A stretch of 64,000 nucleotides of DNA from Planctomycetota bacterium (GCA_036479435.1 JAZGFI010000113.1:1-64000), one strand, 5' to 3'. Shown: positions 9,101 to 18,315, counted from the first letter of the stretch. Notes: generated by a model from the sequence alone, not told the origin. Numbers and translations: made by a program.

Positions 9101-10645
9101 CTAAGGGGCGAGCATTAGCCGCAACATCGTCGTGCCTGCAGCATCGACGCGGATGATGAAGACGTCACCGTAGTCCTGCTCGCTCAGCACGATCTTCTCC
9201 TTGACTCCGAGCGCTTTGGCAATCGCTGGGACCGTGTTGGAGTGGCCGGCGACGACGACACATCCTCCCTCGTACTCGTCTTGGATCTTCTTGACAGTCA
9301 GGTCCGGGCGTTGTGCCTTGACCACCTGGACTTCGAGCCGATGGGACTGGGCGCAAGGTTGCACGGTTTGCTGAGTGCGCTTGAACTGTGAAGCCAAGAC
9401 CGCGTTGATCTCAGCGGTCGCGAGTAGGGCGGTGAGGTTGGCGGCGCGTTTTTTGCCCAGCTCGCTGAGGTCGGGATTGCGCTCTCCCTTTTCGATGATC
9501 TTCTCGGCGTGGCGCAGCAAGATAACGGTCGTGGTCTTGGTGTTGACGGCCGGGGCTGGCCCGGTGCCCGCGATGATTTGCCGGGCGACACCCCCGATAA
9601 TCTCATTCGGTACCGGAAACGACAGGTTGTACTGCAAGAGCAGCCACTTCCCCTCGCGCTTGATAAGAGTGCCGCTACCGCGGCAAATACCGAGTTTACG
9701 GTGCCCCAGGATCTCATCGAAAGTGACGAGTTTGCCGGCCTGCGCGGTCGCGACGTTTCGTTCGAGCGGCACGTAGATCCAAGCACTCGTGCCTTTGAAG
9801 TGGGGTTTGCAAAAACTCAGGAAGGCCTCTTTGGTCCAGCGCTCACCAGCATCGGTGCCCAAGAAAACGGCTTCGGCGGCAAAGTGAGCGAAGTATCGCT
9901 CGGTATCGCCTTTGGCCGCTGCATCGTGGAAGTCATCGAGGACATCATCGATGTCGCTACGCGGACTTCTCTGAATACTCGAAATGGAGTTGGCAAAGGC
10001 TGCCGCGACGTTTGCCTTTGCATCGCTCGCATTCACCTTTGAAGCGAGGAGGTCGATGCGGATCTTGAGGGGATTTAGAGCGTTGAGAGCCTTCAGCGCC
10101 GTCTGAATTTTGTCGTCACGGGTGCCGATCACCGTGATCTTTCCGCGGCGCCAGCGCGATTCCACACTGGGTGCGGCATCGCCAAACTCAGCCCGCCAAA
10201 ACGTGAGCTGTCCGATTTCGTGGGGAGCCTCGGTCGTCAAACGAAGAGCGCAAATAGCGGCTTTTCCCGTCGCGAAAATGTGAATTCTCGATGCATGGAT
10301 GCGGTGCTTGAGTCGAAGTGACTTTAGGAATGCGAGCCGCGTTTTTGGCGTCGACATCTCGGGGCCGTCGACGGGGATCGTCACCGCCACCTGGCCTTTG
10401 GCCGCGAGGGCTTGGCCGAAGGTGGAGAAGTCGAGCGCATCGAAGGCGTCCTTTTTTGCGGTTGGCTTTAGGATCAACAGCAAAGGGTAGACGTCAGCGA
10501 CGCGGTGCCCTTCGGGCCTAAAGGTCTTTTGAGTCGAACGTTTAGTCGAGGGCGCCTTGTCGGCGGATACGGTGCCTTGCTGCGCCGCCAGAACCGGCGT
10601 TAGGACTGCCAACATCAGGATCAAAGAACTCAAATAACGGCGCAT
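9101..10645 (-). CDS. Secreted fusion: N-terminal alpha/beta domain + SnoaL/NTF2-like domain + histidine phosphatase domain
   Basis: Signal peptide; LDDFHDAAA...FLGTDAGERW...QYNLSFP (SnoaL-like); LLRHAE, SQFKRTQQT and VAGHSNT (His-phosphatase). Confidence 0.75.
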   Translation of the reverse strand: MRRYLSSLILMLAVLTPVLAAQQGTVSADKAPSTKRSTQKTFRPEGHRVADVYPLLLILKPTAKKDAFDALDFSTFGQALAAKGQVAVTIPVDGPEMSTPKTRLAFLKSLRLKHRIHASRIHIFATGKAAICALRLTTEAPHEIGQLTFWRAEFGDAAPSVESRWRRGKITVIGTRDDKIQTALKALNALNPLKIRIDLLASKVNASDAKANVAAAFANSISSIQRSPRSDIDDVLDDFHDAAAKGDTERYFAHFAAEAVFLGTDAGERWTKEAFLSFCKPHFKGTSAWIYVPLERNVATAQAGKLVTFDEILGHRKLGICRGSGTLIKREGKWLLLQYNLSFPVPNEIIGGVARQIIAGTGPAPAVNTKTTTVILLRHAEKIIEKGERNPDLSELGKKRAANLTALLATAEINAVLASQFKRTQQTVQPCAQSHRLEVQVVKAQRPDLTVKKIQDEYEGGCVVVAGHSNTVPAIAKALGVKEKIVLSEQDYGDVFIIRVDAAGTTMLRLMLAP

Positions 10646-10656
10646 GCTGCACCTCC

Positions 10657-11064
10657 TTAATCGTTGTTGTCTTCAATCGGCAAAGGTCTGCGTCCACTGT
10701 CGACGTTGACATAAGTCACTACGGCCTCGGTGACCCAGACTGACTTCCGACGGTTTGCAAAACGTTCGGCCCACACCTCCACCTTGACGGTAACGGAAGT
10801 ACGGCCAACGCGCTGGGTTTGACAGATAAAGCTCACGACGTCTCCGACGTAGACCGGCTCTTTGAAGATGACCTCTTTCATGGCAATCGTGACGACGCGG
10901 TCACAACCTGCTTGCGTGCGGCTGTGCACCGAGCCTGCGAGGTCAATGTAGGACAAAAGGACGCCACCGAAGATGGTGTTATGCACGTTCGTATCGCGCG
11001 GCATCATCGAAACCTTGATGGCTGGTTCTTGCTCGGGCTTTCGGTGATTCTTGTCTTCGGTCAT
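10657..11064 (-). CDS. Acyl-CoA thioesterase (hotdog fold, YciA-like)
   Basis: MPRDTN...IFGGVLLSYIDLAG, VVT, F.EPVYVGD and VGRTS motifs; ATG at 11064 chosen as start. Confidence 0.9.
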   Translation of the reverse strand: MTEDKNHRKPEQEPAIKVSMMPRDTNVHNTIFGGVLLSYIDLAGSVHSRTQAGCDRVVTIAMKEVIFKEPVYVGDVVSFICQTQRVGRTSVTVKVEVWAERFANRRKSVWVTEAVVTYVNVDSGRRPLPIEDNND

Positions 11065-11179
11065 CGCTTGTCCTTTTGCGTTGCAGTGGGAATGGAATAG
11101 CAAACATAGGTTTTCATCGCTACTCATGCGGGTCAAGTTCGTCTTTTAATGTGTGAGTAGATCAGATGAAGCACTGTCA

Positions 11180-11926
11180 ATGGGCTCCTCGGAGCCGAAT
11201 GCCGTGGATAAGGGTGGTGTTGGCGGCGAGGATGCTGGCTGGCGATCGCTGTTTCGCGAGACATCAAGGGATCGTCTCGGGCGATCCGGGGCCAGCGCCC
11301 TGGACTCACAGGAACTTATTGGGGTCATCTTGGGCCTGGAAACGGGAGCCCAAAGCCGCCATGACTGCCTGGGAGAACTGTGTTCGCGTTACGATTCTTT
11401 GCGGTCTTTGGCCGCAGCCGATTTCGAGGAATTTTCCGCGATCCCGGGGATGACGCCAAAAAGGGCCGCCGTCTTGGCCGCGAGCTTCGAGCTTGGCCTC
11501 CGAGTCCGGCGTGACCCCGCAAAAAAAAGACCGCGCCTCAGCAGCGCCCAAGCGGTCTTTGAGTGCGTGCGCGAAGAGCTGCAATCACTCGAGGTCGAAG
11601 TCCTTGAGGTTTTATCTCTCGACGCGAAGAACGGCCTCCGTCGCCGCGATCGTGTTTCTTGTGGTACTTTGACCGGAAGCCTTGTCCACCCCCGTGAGGT
11701 GTTCAAGTCGGCGATCAACGCCCGCGCGGCATCGGTGGTCGTGGTACACAACCATCCCAGCGGCGATCCCGAACCAAGCCCCGAGGATGTCGCCATCACC
11801 GACCGTTTGTTCGCCGCGGGCGAGATCATCGGGATTCGACTTGTCGATCACGTCATCGTCGGAGACGGTCGTTACGTTTCTTTGGCGGAAAAGGGGTTCT
11901 TCAAGACTCTGGTGGCTTGCCGATGA
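11180..11926 (+). CDS. radC: RadC family JAB-domain protein
   Basis: N-terminal HhH region, VHPREVF, HNHPSGDPEPSPED and DHVIVG motifs. Confidence 0.92.
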   Translation: MGSSEPNAVDKGGVGGEDAGWRSLFRETSRDRLGRSGASALDSQELIGVILGLETGAQSRHDCLGELCSRYDSLRSLAAADFEEFSAIPGMTPKRAAVLAASFELGLRVRRDPAKKRPRLSSAQAVFECVREELQSLEVEVLEVLSLDAKNGLRRRDRVSCGTLTGSLVHPREVFKSAINARAASVVVVHNHPSGDPEPSPEDVAITDRLFAAGEIIGIRLVDHVIVGDGRYVSLAEKGFFKTLVACR

Positions 11927-12004
11927 GTTTTGCTGCAGTGGCCGATCCACCGAGATGTTTGTGCTCACGCGAACCTAGACCCCGCAGTTATTGGAGGAGA
12001 GCAC

Positions 12005-12514
12005 ATGTCTAAGCCTTTTCAATTTCGCCTCGTAGCCACCAAGGACGGACCCGCCGCCTTCGTTGTGGGTGATAAGGGGCTGTCGCGCTCTTATCTGCCT
12101 GGGCCCAAAGAGTCGGACCTTCGCCACCGCATCCAGGATGAATTTCCCGATGCGGCCGAGAAAAAGAGCCTCTGGCCCGCTTTTGCCGCGGACCTCAAGA
12201 GGTTCTTTCGCGGTCAAGACGTCTCCTTTGATGTCGACTTGGATATGGCCGGGGTCACGGAATTCCAAGCCAAGACCTACCGCGCCTTGAGAAGGGTCCG
12301 AGCGGGCAAAACCCTGAGTTACGGCCAATTGGCGGCTAGAGCCGGGCGCGACGGAGCGGCGCGGGCCGTCGGTACGGCGATGTCCCGAAACCCCTTTCCG
12401 CCCGTGGTACCCTGACATCGCGTCTTGGGAGCCCAGGGTGGGCTCTGCGGATTCACGGCAGAAGGTGGTCTAGAACTCAAGCGCCGCATGCTAGAGCGCG
12501 AAGGTGTGGTCTAA
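12005..12514 (+). CDS. ogt: Methylated-DNA--protein-cysteine methyltransferase with in-frame TGA (12413-12415) at the catalytic Cys; probable selenoprotein
   Basis: SYGQLA...ARAVGTAM..NPFPPVVP-[TGA]-HRVLGAQGGLCGFTAEGGLELKRRMLEREGVV-TAA; GGAGGAG RBS before ATG 12005. Confidence 0.88.
12416..12452 (+). promoter_or_regulatory. Putative bacterial SECIS element
   Basis: Perfect stem GAGCCCA/TGGGCTC (12429-12445) with a G-rich apical loop 20 nt after the UGA; possible lower stem CGCG/TGCG. Confidence 0.7.
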
Positions 12515-12581
12515 GCCGATTGTCGCGCTCGAAATCGTCGCATAGACTCTGAGCTGAGAAGAGTTTTGCCGGAGGAAGTTG

Positions 12582-12788
12582 ATGACGGACGAAAAGGCCA
12601 TTCCTGACGAGTTTTTGGCCATGCTGCGTTGCCCGGCGTGTCGCTCGGAATTGAATCTCAAAGAATCTGGCGACGCTTGGTGGTTGACCTGCCGCAACGA
12701 AGCCAAAGAATGTGGCTTGTCGTTTCCGGTGGAAGACGGCATCCCTCACTTGGTCGTGGAATCGGCGCGCAAGCCCGAGACTCCCTGA
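12582..12788 (+). CDS. Trm112/YcaR family protein
   Basis: LAMLRCPACR...L.C...C..SFPVEDGIPHL; GGAGG RBS. Confidence 0.88.
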   Translation: MTDEKAIPDEFLAMLRCPACRSELNLKESGDAWWLTCRNEAKECGLSFPVEDGIPHLVVESARKPETP

Positions 12789-12843
12789 CATTGACGCGCA
12801 GGACGCTTTGCTTCGGACGCCATCCCAATGAAAGGGGTCATCT

Positions 12844-13593
12844 TTGTACGCTCTCATCTCCGATCTCCACAGCAACATCGAAGCTTTGGACGCCGTCATG
12901 GAAGATATGCAGGCGTTTCCTGTGCAGCAGATCAGGTGTCTCGGAGATGCTATTGGATACGGCCCGAATCCGCGGGAGGTCCTGAAGCGGGTTGCCGACT
13001 GTGAGTTCACCCTCATGGGGAATCACGAAGAGGGGCTGCTGTTCTACGCCGAGGATTTCAATCCCCGAGCTCGCGCCGCACTCGATTGGACTCGGGATCA
13101 GCTCAATGACCCCAGTTGTGACAAAGACGACAACTACTCCTTTTGGTCTCTCATCGACTCTCTGCCGAAAGTCGAGCGCCGGGACGACGCGCTCTTTGTC
13201 CATGGCTCCCTTCGCAATGAGACCAAGGACTACGTGATGCCCGAGGACATCGACAACCTCGACAAAATGGCGGAGATTTTCTCCCTCATGGACCGCAATC
13301 GTTGTTTTTTCGGCCACACCCATATTCCGGGGGTTTGGACGGAAGGAGGCGTCTTTAAACGCCCAGCAGAGCTGGACTACGAGTACGTTGTTCCCTCAGA
13401 GAAGGTTGTTATCAATGTCGGTTCGGTGGGGCAGCCGAGAGACGGTGATAACCGTGCTTGCTATGTGCTCGTCGATGAGGATCGCATTATCTTTCGGAGA
13501 GTCGAATATGACTACCGCAAGACGATCAAGAAGATCCTCAATATCGACGAACTCGGAGATGCTCTCGCGGCTCGTCTGAAGGTAGGACGCTGA
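12844..13593 (+). CDS. Calcineurin-like metallophosphoesterase
   Basis: SDLHSN, LGD, GNHE, HGS, GHTH and NVGSVGQPRD motifs. Confidence 0.92.
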   Translation: MYALISDLHSNIEALDAVMEDMQAFPVQQIRCLGDAIGYGPNPREVLKRVADCEFTLMGNHEEGLLFYAEDFNPRARAALDWTRDQLNDPSCDKDDNYSFWSLIDSLPKVERRDDALFVHGSLRNETKDYVMPEDIDNLDKMAEIFSLMDRNRCFFGHTHIPGVWTEGGVFKRPAELDYEYVVPSEKVVINVGSVGQPRDGDNRACYVLVDEDRIIFRRVEYDYRKTIKKILNIDELGDALAARLKVGR

Positions 13594-13708
13594 CGCCAAG
13601 ACCCTCGGGTCGGTGACAGCAAAATAGCCTCTGCGGCTCGTTAGCTCGCAAAGGCACCTTCGCTCGATACCACGCCCTCCGTTCGACCTGATATCGGAAG
13701 GGGCCGAC

Positions 13709-15694
13709 TTGGAAAAGCGAATCATCGTGGCCGGCGTGCTTTCGCTGGCGATCATCCTCATCTGGGAGAGCCTCCAACCGAAGGCTCCCGCACCAGAAAA
13801 GAACGAGAAATCGGGCACGCCGTCGTCGGTCGATGGACTATCTGAGCCGGGCGCGAGCGCCAATGGCAAGCCGGAGTCCGTTCTGAACTCGAATGGCAAG
13901 CCGGTCTCAGGTTCGGTGGTCCCTACGACGCCGGATGGTTTCAAAGGTCCGCAACGCTTGGGCGATGCGGTCTTAAGAGACCAAAACGCCCCCGCCCTCG
14001 TTCTCGCCGACGAAGAACTCCGTCTTGAGTTCGATCAAAAGGGTGCCGCGGTCAAGACCGCTTGGCTCCTCGATCACCTGCAAGAAGTTGACTCCGACCC
14101 CGAGGGTTGGGAGGGCCGGCTCAAGATCATTCGCAGCGATACCCGCGCCGAGCGCGGCGCGCTCTTGCTTCGTGACGAATCGCGTATGGAGGGTTGGCTC
14201 GATCGCGTGGTTTGGGATACCGCGGGACCCTCCGCGGACGGCACATCCATCGTTTTCAGTTTGCCCGTGGCCGAGTCAGTCGTGGTCTACGATGATCAAG
14301 GACGTGAGCGCTTCGAAGCGGTTCAGTATCGCCTTGAGAAAACGATCTCGCTGACCGGTGACCCCAATCGGATCGCGGTCCGCATTGACATGGTCCATCT
14401 CGCGGGCCGAGGAGCCGTTTCCAAGACTCTGTTTTTGAGTTCCAGTGGCGGTGTCTTTCCCGATCGCATTCGAGGCGTAAGTTCGTCACGGGCGCACAGC
14501 GTCGCCGGCACCCGCGACGGCGATGAAGTTGAAATCGCGAGTTTTTCGGCTGCCGACATCCTGGAAGAGTTCGGCGATGCGGGCAAGACCGTGGACCGCG
14601 CCTATTACGTCTGCGACATGGGAGTTTACTTCGGGGCCTACCTGCGTCGCCTCGATGGTGAATTGCAGATTGCCCACATCTTTGCGGTCGAAGGCGTTTC
14701 AGAGGGTGGCGCCGTTCCCGCATTCGAGAACACTTGGTCCGAGTTGGGGTTGGACCTAAGGACGGACGCCTCGAATCCGAAAAGCACCGTCAATTTTGAT
14801 TGGTACTTGGGGGCGAAAGACCACCGGCGCATCAAATCGAGCTACGAAAGCGACGATAAGCTCCGCCGTGACTACCTTGAAGTTGCGGACTTTGAGTTGA
14901 CCTCTCAGGGCTTTTGCTGCATCGGTCAGGCGGGGCCCTTGGGCTGGATCATTGAAGTGATCTCCAAGTTTGTCGTTTCGATGCTCAGCTTGTTCAACGG
15001 CATGATTGGCAACATGGGCGTCTCCATCATCATCTTGACCTTGCTGATCCGAACGCTCTTGTTCCCGATCACGCGTAAGTCACAAGTCGCCATGCAGACG
15101 CACGCGGCGAAGATGGCGAAACTGAAACCCAAGCTCGATAAACTCAAGGAAAAGCACGCGGACGATCGTCAGGCCTTTGCGGCCAAGCAGATGGAACTCT
15201 TCAAAAAGGAGAAGGTCCAACTGGTGCCGCTCGGCGGATGCCTGCCGATGTTTCTCCAAATTCCGGTGTTCTTCGGGCTGTTTTCGGCGCTCCGCTTCGA
15301 CTACGACTTGCGCCATGCGAGCTTTTTGTGGTGCAAAGACCTGGCCGCCCCCGATAGCGTCATGAGTTTCGATCCGATCGGCTTGCCTTGCTGTATTGGG
15401 CCCGGCGTTCAGATCGACGGACTCAACGTCTTTCCCCTGTTGATGATCGCGGCCATGTTCTTCCATCAGTTGGGCATGCCACGGTCGCCGGACCCGCAAA
15501 TGCAGCAGCAACAAAAAATCATGATGCTGATGCCTTTGGTATTCGGCGTGATGATGTATGGCTATGCCGCTGGACTCTCCGTCTATTGGTTGTCGAGCAG
15601 CCTGTTCGGGATCTTTGAGCAGCGCGTTATCAAGAAGTTCTTCCCGCTAGAAAAGGCGGACAAGGACGATAAGGAGTCCGGAGTTACGACTTGA
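13709..15694 (+). CDS. yidC: Membrane protein insertase YidC
   Basis: N-terminal TM, large periplasmic domain, LLFPIT, GGCLPMFLQIPVF, LWCKDLAAPD and GLSVYW motifs. Confidence 0.95.
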   Translation: MEKRIIVAGVLSLAIILIWESLQPKAPAPEKNEKSGTPSSVDGLSEPGASANGKPESVLNSNGKPVSGSVVPTTPDGFKGPQRLGDAVLRDQNAPALVLADEELRLEFDQKGAAVKTAWLLDHLQEVDSDPEGWEGRLKIIRSDTRAERGALLLRDESRMEGWLDRVVWDTAGPSADGTSIVFSLPVAESVVVYDDQGRERFEAVQYRLEKTISLTGDPNRIAVRIDMVHLAGRGAVSKTLFLSSSGGVFPDRIRGVSSSRAHSVAGTRDGDEVEIASFSAADILEEFGDAGKTVDRAYYVCDMGVYFGAYLRRLDGELQIAHIFAVEGVSEGGAVPAFENTWSELGLDLRTDASNPKSTVNFDWYLGAKDHRRIKSSYESDDKLRRDYLEVADFELTSQGFCCIGQAGPLGWIIEVISKFVVSMLSLFNGMIGNMGVSIIILTLLIRTLLFPITRKSQVAMQTHAAKMAKLKPKLDKLKEKHADDRQAFAAKQMELFKKEKVQLVPLGGCLPMFLQIPVFFGLFSALRFDYDLRHASFLWCKDLAAPDSVMSFDPIGLPCCIGPGVQIDGLNVFPLLMIAAMFFHQLGMPRSPDPQMQQQQKIMMLMPLVFGVMMYGYAAGLSVYWLSSSLFGIFEQRVIKKFFPLEKADKDDKESGVTT

Positions 15695-15698
15695 GACC

Positions 15699-17114
15699 GT
15701 GAACGACAGTACTCAACTCGCGCGCGGGCTCGGCGACACAATCGTCGCCGTTTCTTCACCCCCGGGCGCAGCGGCCCGGGGGGTGATTCGCCTCTCCGGC
15801 GATCGAGCGGCGGATATTGTCGATCACTTATTTTTGGCTGATGGTCAGCAGCCAACACCAGTACATATTGAGCGCGGCGTTAGCCGAGGTCGACTTTGGC
15901 TGGGCCGAACGGGAGTTCACGTCAGGGCCTTCGTCTTGGTCATGCGGGGACCGAAGTCCTTTACGGCAGAGGACGTCGTAGAAATCCATCTCAGCGGCGC
16001 GCCCGCCTTGCTGAGGATGGTGGTTGACCTTTGCATCCGCGAGGGAGCCCGTCCCGCTGAGCCCGGCGAATTCACCCGGCGGGCCTTTCTCAACGGCCGC
16101 ATCGATTTGACGCAAGCGGAGGCCGTCGCGGCGCTCATTCACGCACAATCCGAAGCCGAACGGCGGGCCGCCTTGACCGTCTTAGACGGTGTTGTCTGTC
16201 GCCGCAACGCCGAACTAAGCGCTCAGCTGGTCGCCGTCTTGGCGACTTTGGAGCTGTCTCTCGACTTCTCCGATCAAGATATTGAGATCGTCGTCGCGAA
16301 GGATCTGGACGCCAACTTGGCGGGGGTCGTGGAGGGCATCGACGACTTGATCGCGCAGGGGCAATCCCGGCGCCAGCGCGCGGATCGCCTCCGGGTCTTG
16401 TTGTCCGGGCCAGCAAATGCCGGCAAGAGCTCCCTTTTCAACGCGCTCTTGGGGCGCTCCCAGGCCATTGTTTCCGAGCAAAAAGGCACGACGAGGGACT
16501 ATTTGGAGGGAGAGCTCGATCTTGAGGGGCGGCGTTTTTTAATAATCGACAGTGCGGGGGTCGATTTCGTTGGCGGGGCGGTTGACCAAAAAGCCCACCT
16601 GCTCCGCGAACGCGAACGCGAGCGGGCTGACCTCGTGGTCGAAGTACGAGACGGTCGCCTTGCCAGCCAATCACCAAAGGAATCGCCCGCACTCTCGCGG
16701 CAACCCGCAGAGCCGAAATTTCGGACGGCCGTGCTTCGGGTATGGACTCGTAGCGATCTGGTGCCGCTCGTCGACCGTTCGCGGCCAAATGGACACTGGG
16801 TCGACTTGGGCAAGGCTGGAAGTGGGGCGGGTGGCCTCGTCGAATTCACTGCGGCTCTTCGCCAGTCGGCCACTCCTTTTCAAGATTCAGTTAGAAGCTC
16901 GCTCTTGGCTCTGAGCGAGCGTCAAGCTCGCCTTTTGGCCAAGTCAAAAGAGGCCATTGAGCGCGCGAGAGAAGGCTTATCTCGGGGGCTGGGCGAAGAA
17001 CTGCTGGCGGCCGATCTTCACGAGGCCTTGGCCTATTTTCGGGAGCTTAGCGGCGAGGACTACGACGACCAGGTCTTAGACCGAATCATGAGCGATTTTT
17101 GCATCGGAAAGTAA
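15699..17114 (+). CDS. mnmE: tRNA modification GTPase MnmE (TrmE)
   Basis: DTIVAVSSP, SFTAEDVVE, PGEFTRRAFLNGRIDLTQAE, GxxNAGKSS, GTTRD and C-terminal FCIGK; follows yidC. Confidence 0.93.
   Translation: MNDSTQLARGLGDTIVAVSSPPGAAARGVIRLSGDRAADIVDHLFLADGQQPTPVHIERGVSRGRLWLGRTGVHVRAFVLVMRGPKSFTAEDVVEIHLSGAPALLRMVVDLCIREGARPAEPGEFTRRAFLNGRIDLTQAEAVAALIHAQSEAERRAALTVLDGVVCRRNAELSAQLVAVLATLELSLDFSDQDIEIVVAKDLDANLAGVVEGIDDLIAQGQSRRQRADRLRVLLSGPANAGKSSLFNALLGRSQAIVSEQKGTTRDYLEGELDLEGRRFLIIDSAGVDFVGGAVDQKAHLLRERERERADLVVEVRDGRLASQSPKESPALSRQPAEPKFRTAVLRVWTRSDLVPLVDRSRPNGHWVDLGKAGSGAGGLVEFTAALRQSATPFQDSVRSSLLALSERQARLLAKSKEAIERAREGLSRGLGEELLAADLHEALAYFRELSGEDYDDQVLDRIMSDFCIGK
17096..17113 (+). repeat. 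attL-like direct repeat copy 1 (within the last mnmE codons)
   Basis: TTTTTGCATCGGAAAGTA, identical to 18806-18823. Confidence 0.9.
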
Positions 17115-17133
17115 CTCGTGACGCATCTTGCTA

Positions 17134-17592
17134 ATGACGTTAAAGCAGTTCGAAGGATCTCAAGCTCTGGACGAATTTCGAGCACGAAAAAGGGCGACGG
17201 CGAATTTAGCGTTCGCCACACAACTGTGCGTCAAACAAGCCGAAGGGACCGAGTTCGCGTGCGCGAATCGACTTTACTACGCCGTCTTCCAGCAAGCAGT
17301 ATTTGCGTGCTACCGGCAATTGGGGTTTGAAAAAGCTCGCACCGAGATCGCCGACACAAACGGACAAATGGGAGACAGCCCTTTTTATCGTCAAGCAAGA
17401 GTGCCGAAAGTGCTGGCTGGTTGCAGGGTGATTTCTCGCTCCGACCGCGACGACTTTGCGTCCATCAAAGACTTGCGCGTGAAGGCAGACTATTCCAATT
17501 TTGATGTCGAGTGGGACGAAATTGAAGAACACCTTGCGTTGGCCAACAGCATCTACGACATGTTGAACAAGAAATTTGGAGAGACGAAGTGA
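17134..17592 (+). CDS. HEPN-domain protein (UPF0332-like), putative toxin
   Basis: ANRLYYAVF and LRVKADY motifs, typical of the R.YYA.F / R..ADY HEPN subgroup. Confidence 0.78.
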   Translation: MTLKQFEGSQALDEFRARKRATANLAFATQLCVKQAEGTEFACANRLYYAVFQQAVFACYRQLGFEKARTEIADTNGQMGDSPFYRQARVPKVLAGCRVISRSDRDDFASIKDLRVKADYSNFDVEWDEIEEHLALANSIYDMLNKKFGETK

Positions 17593-17825
17593 ATAGGGAA
17601 AAACTAATTTCCGATGTCAAAGCCGCGCTCGCCAAATCTATCCCGAATGGGCGTGATTTCACGGTGGGCGTCACAGTGGATCCAGATGATCCCAATCACA
17701 AGGTGATCGTCGTCCACGGTGAGATTTTCGGCGATTCCGTCTTGAGAAATAGTCAGATGGTGCGACGGGAACTGCGTGATTTGATTGAGCCAGAGGACCA
17801 AATTGTTCTGCTTCGCAAAGCGTAG
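17589..17825 (+). CDS. Small protein coupled to the HEPN gene; putative antitoxin core (degenerate MNT/BolA-like)
   Basis: GTGA overlap with the HEPN stop; KVIVVHGEIFG...RRELRDL pattern; probably continues in another frame to 18031. Confidence 0.55.
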   Translation: MNREKLISDVKAALAKSIPNGRDFTVGVTVDPDDPNHKVIVVHGEIFGDSVLRNSQMVRRELRDLIEPEDQIVLLRKA

Positions 17826-18031
17826 AGAAGCAGCCTTCGGAAGTGTTCATCACAATGCACTCAATTCGAACTGCTGTGCAATTGAGCTGGGACTTAGAGT
17901 CCGTGGCGGTGTCGAGTCCAACATTTGTTGCTCACGCTGATTCAGGATCGAGCTTTTCGAATTTTGTGCCTCCAACGCGCACGCGAAGATTTAGGACGAG
18001 TAGAGTTTTCGATCTCGTAACTGCGGCATGA
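17819..18031 (+). pseudogene. Probable frameshifted C-terminal extension of the 17589 ORF (Ser/Thr-rich tail ending LVTAA)
   Basis: One extra A at CGC AAA GCG would join the two frames; its TGA overlaps the next ATG (ATGA). Confidence 0.45.
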
Positions 18032-18294
18032 CAAACGAGACCAAAAGTCCGCATGAGTCGCCATTTCAGATCTCTGAGGTTCAAGTGAGCGAAATGCAAG
18101 AAAGCGAGCCCACGCTCAAGGTCTTCGCGAGTTTTCACGCCCCTGCAATTCTATACGGATTCGGCCGGGAGCTGATCGCGGACTTGGGGCGGCGGTCAAA
18201 GATGGACGCTGCATTGTTGCCGGTTCTTGACTTCACAAAACTTGATGCGGTCAACGTCGAAGTGAGCGACTCCACTTCTGATCAAGAGCAATGA
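18028..18294 (+). CDS. SecB-like chaperone, short (88 aa), possibly internally deleted
   Basis: APAILYGFGRELIADLGRRS...LLPVLDF matches the SecB helix/C-terminal pattern; SPFQISEVQV resembles the first strand. Confidence 0.65.
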   Translation: MTNETKSPHESPFQISEVQVSEMQESEPTLKVFASFHAPAILYGFGRELIADLGRRSKMDAALLPVLDFTKLDAVNVEVSDSTSDQEQ

Positions 18295-18315
18295 AGCCAA
18301 AGAGTTAGACTTTGC

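Noticed and set aside
11180..11926. radC as a marker of a mobile element
   Set aside because: It is the full-length chromosomal type with an HhH region, and no mobility genes or flanking repeats were seen.
12783..12794. CCC-TGA-CAT at the end of the Trm112-like gene, the same context as the ogt UGA
   Set aside because: The protein is already complete and a second in-frame TGA follows after one codon, so it is a true stop.
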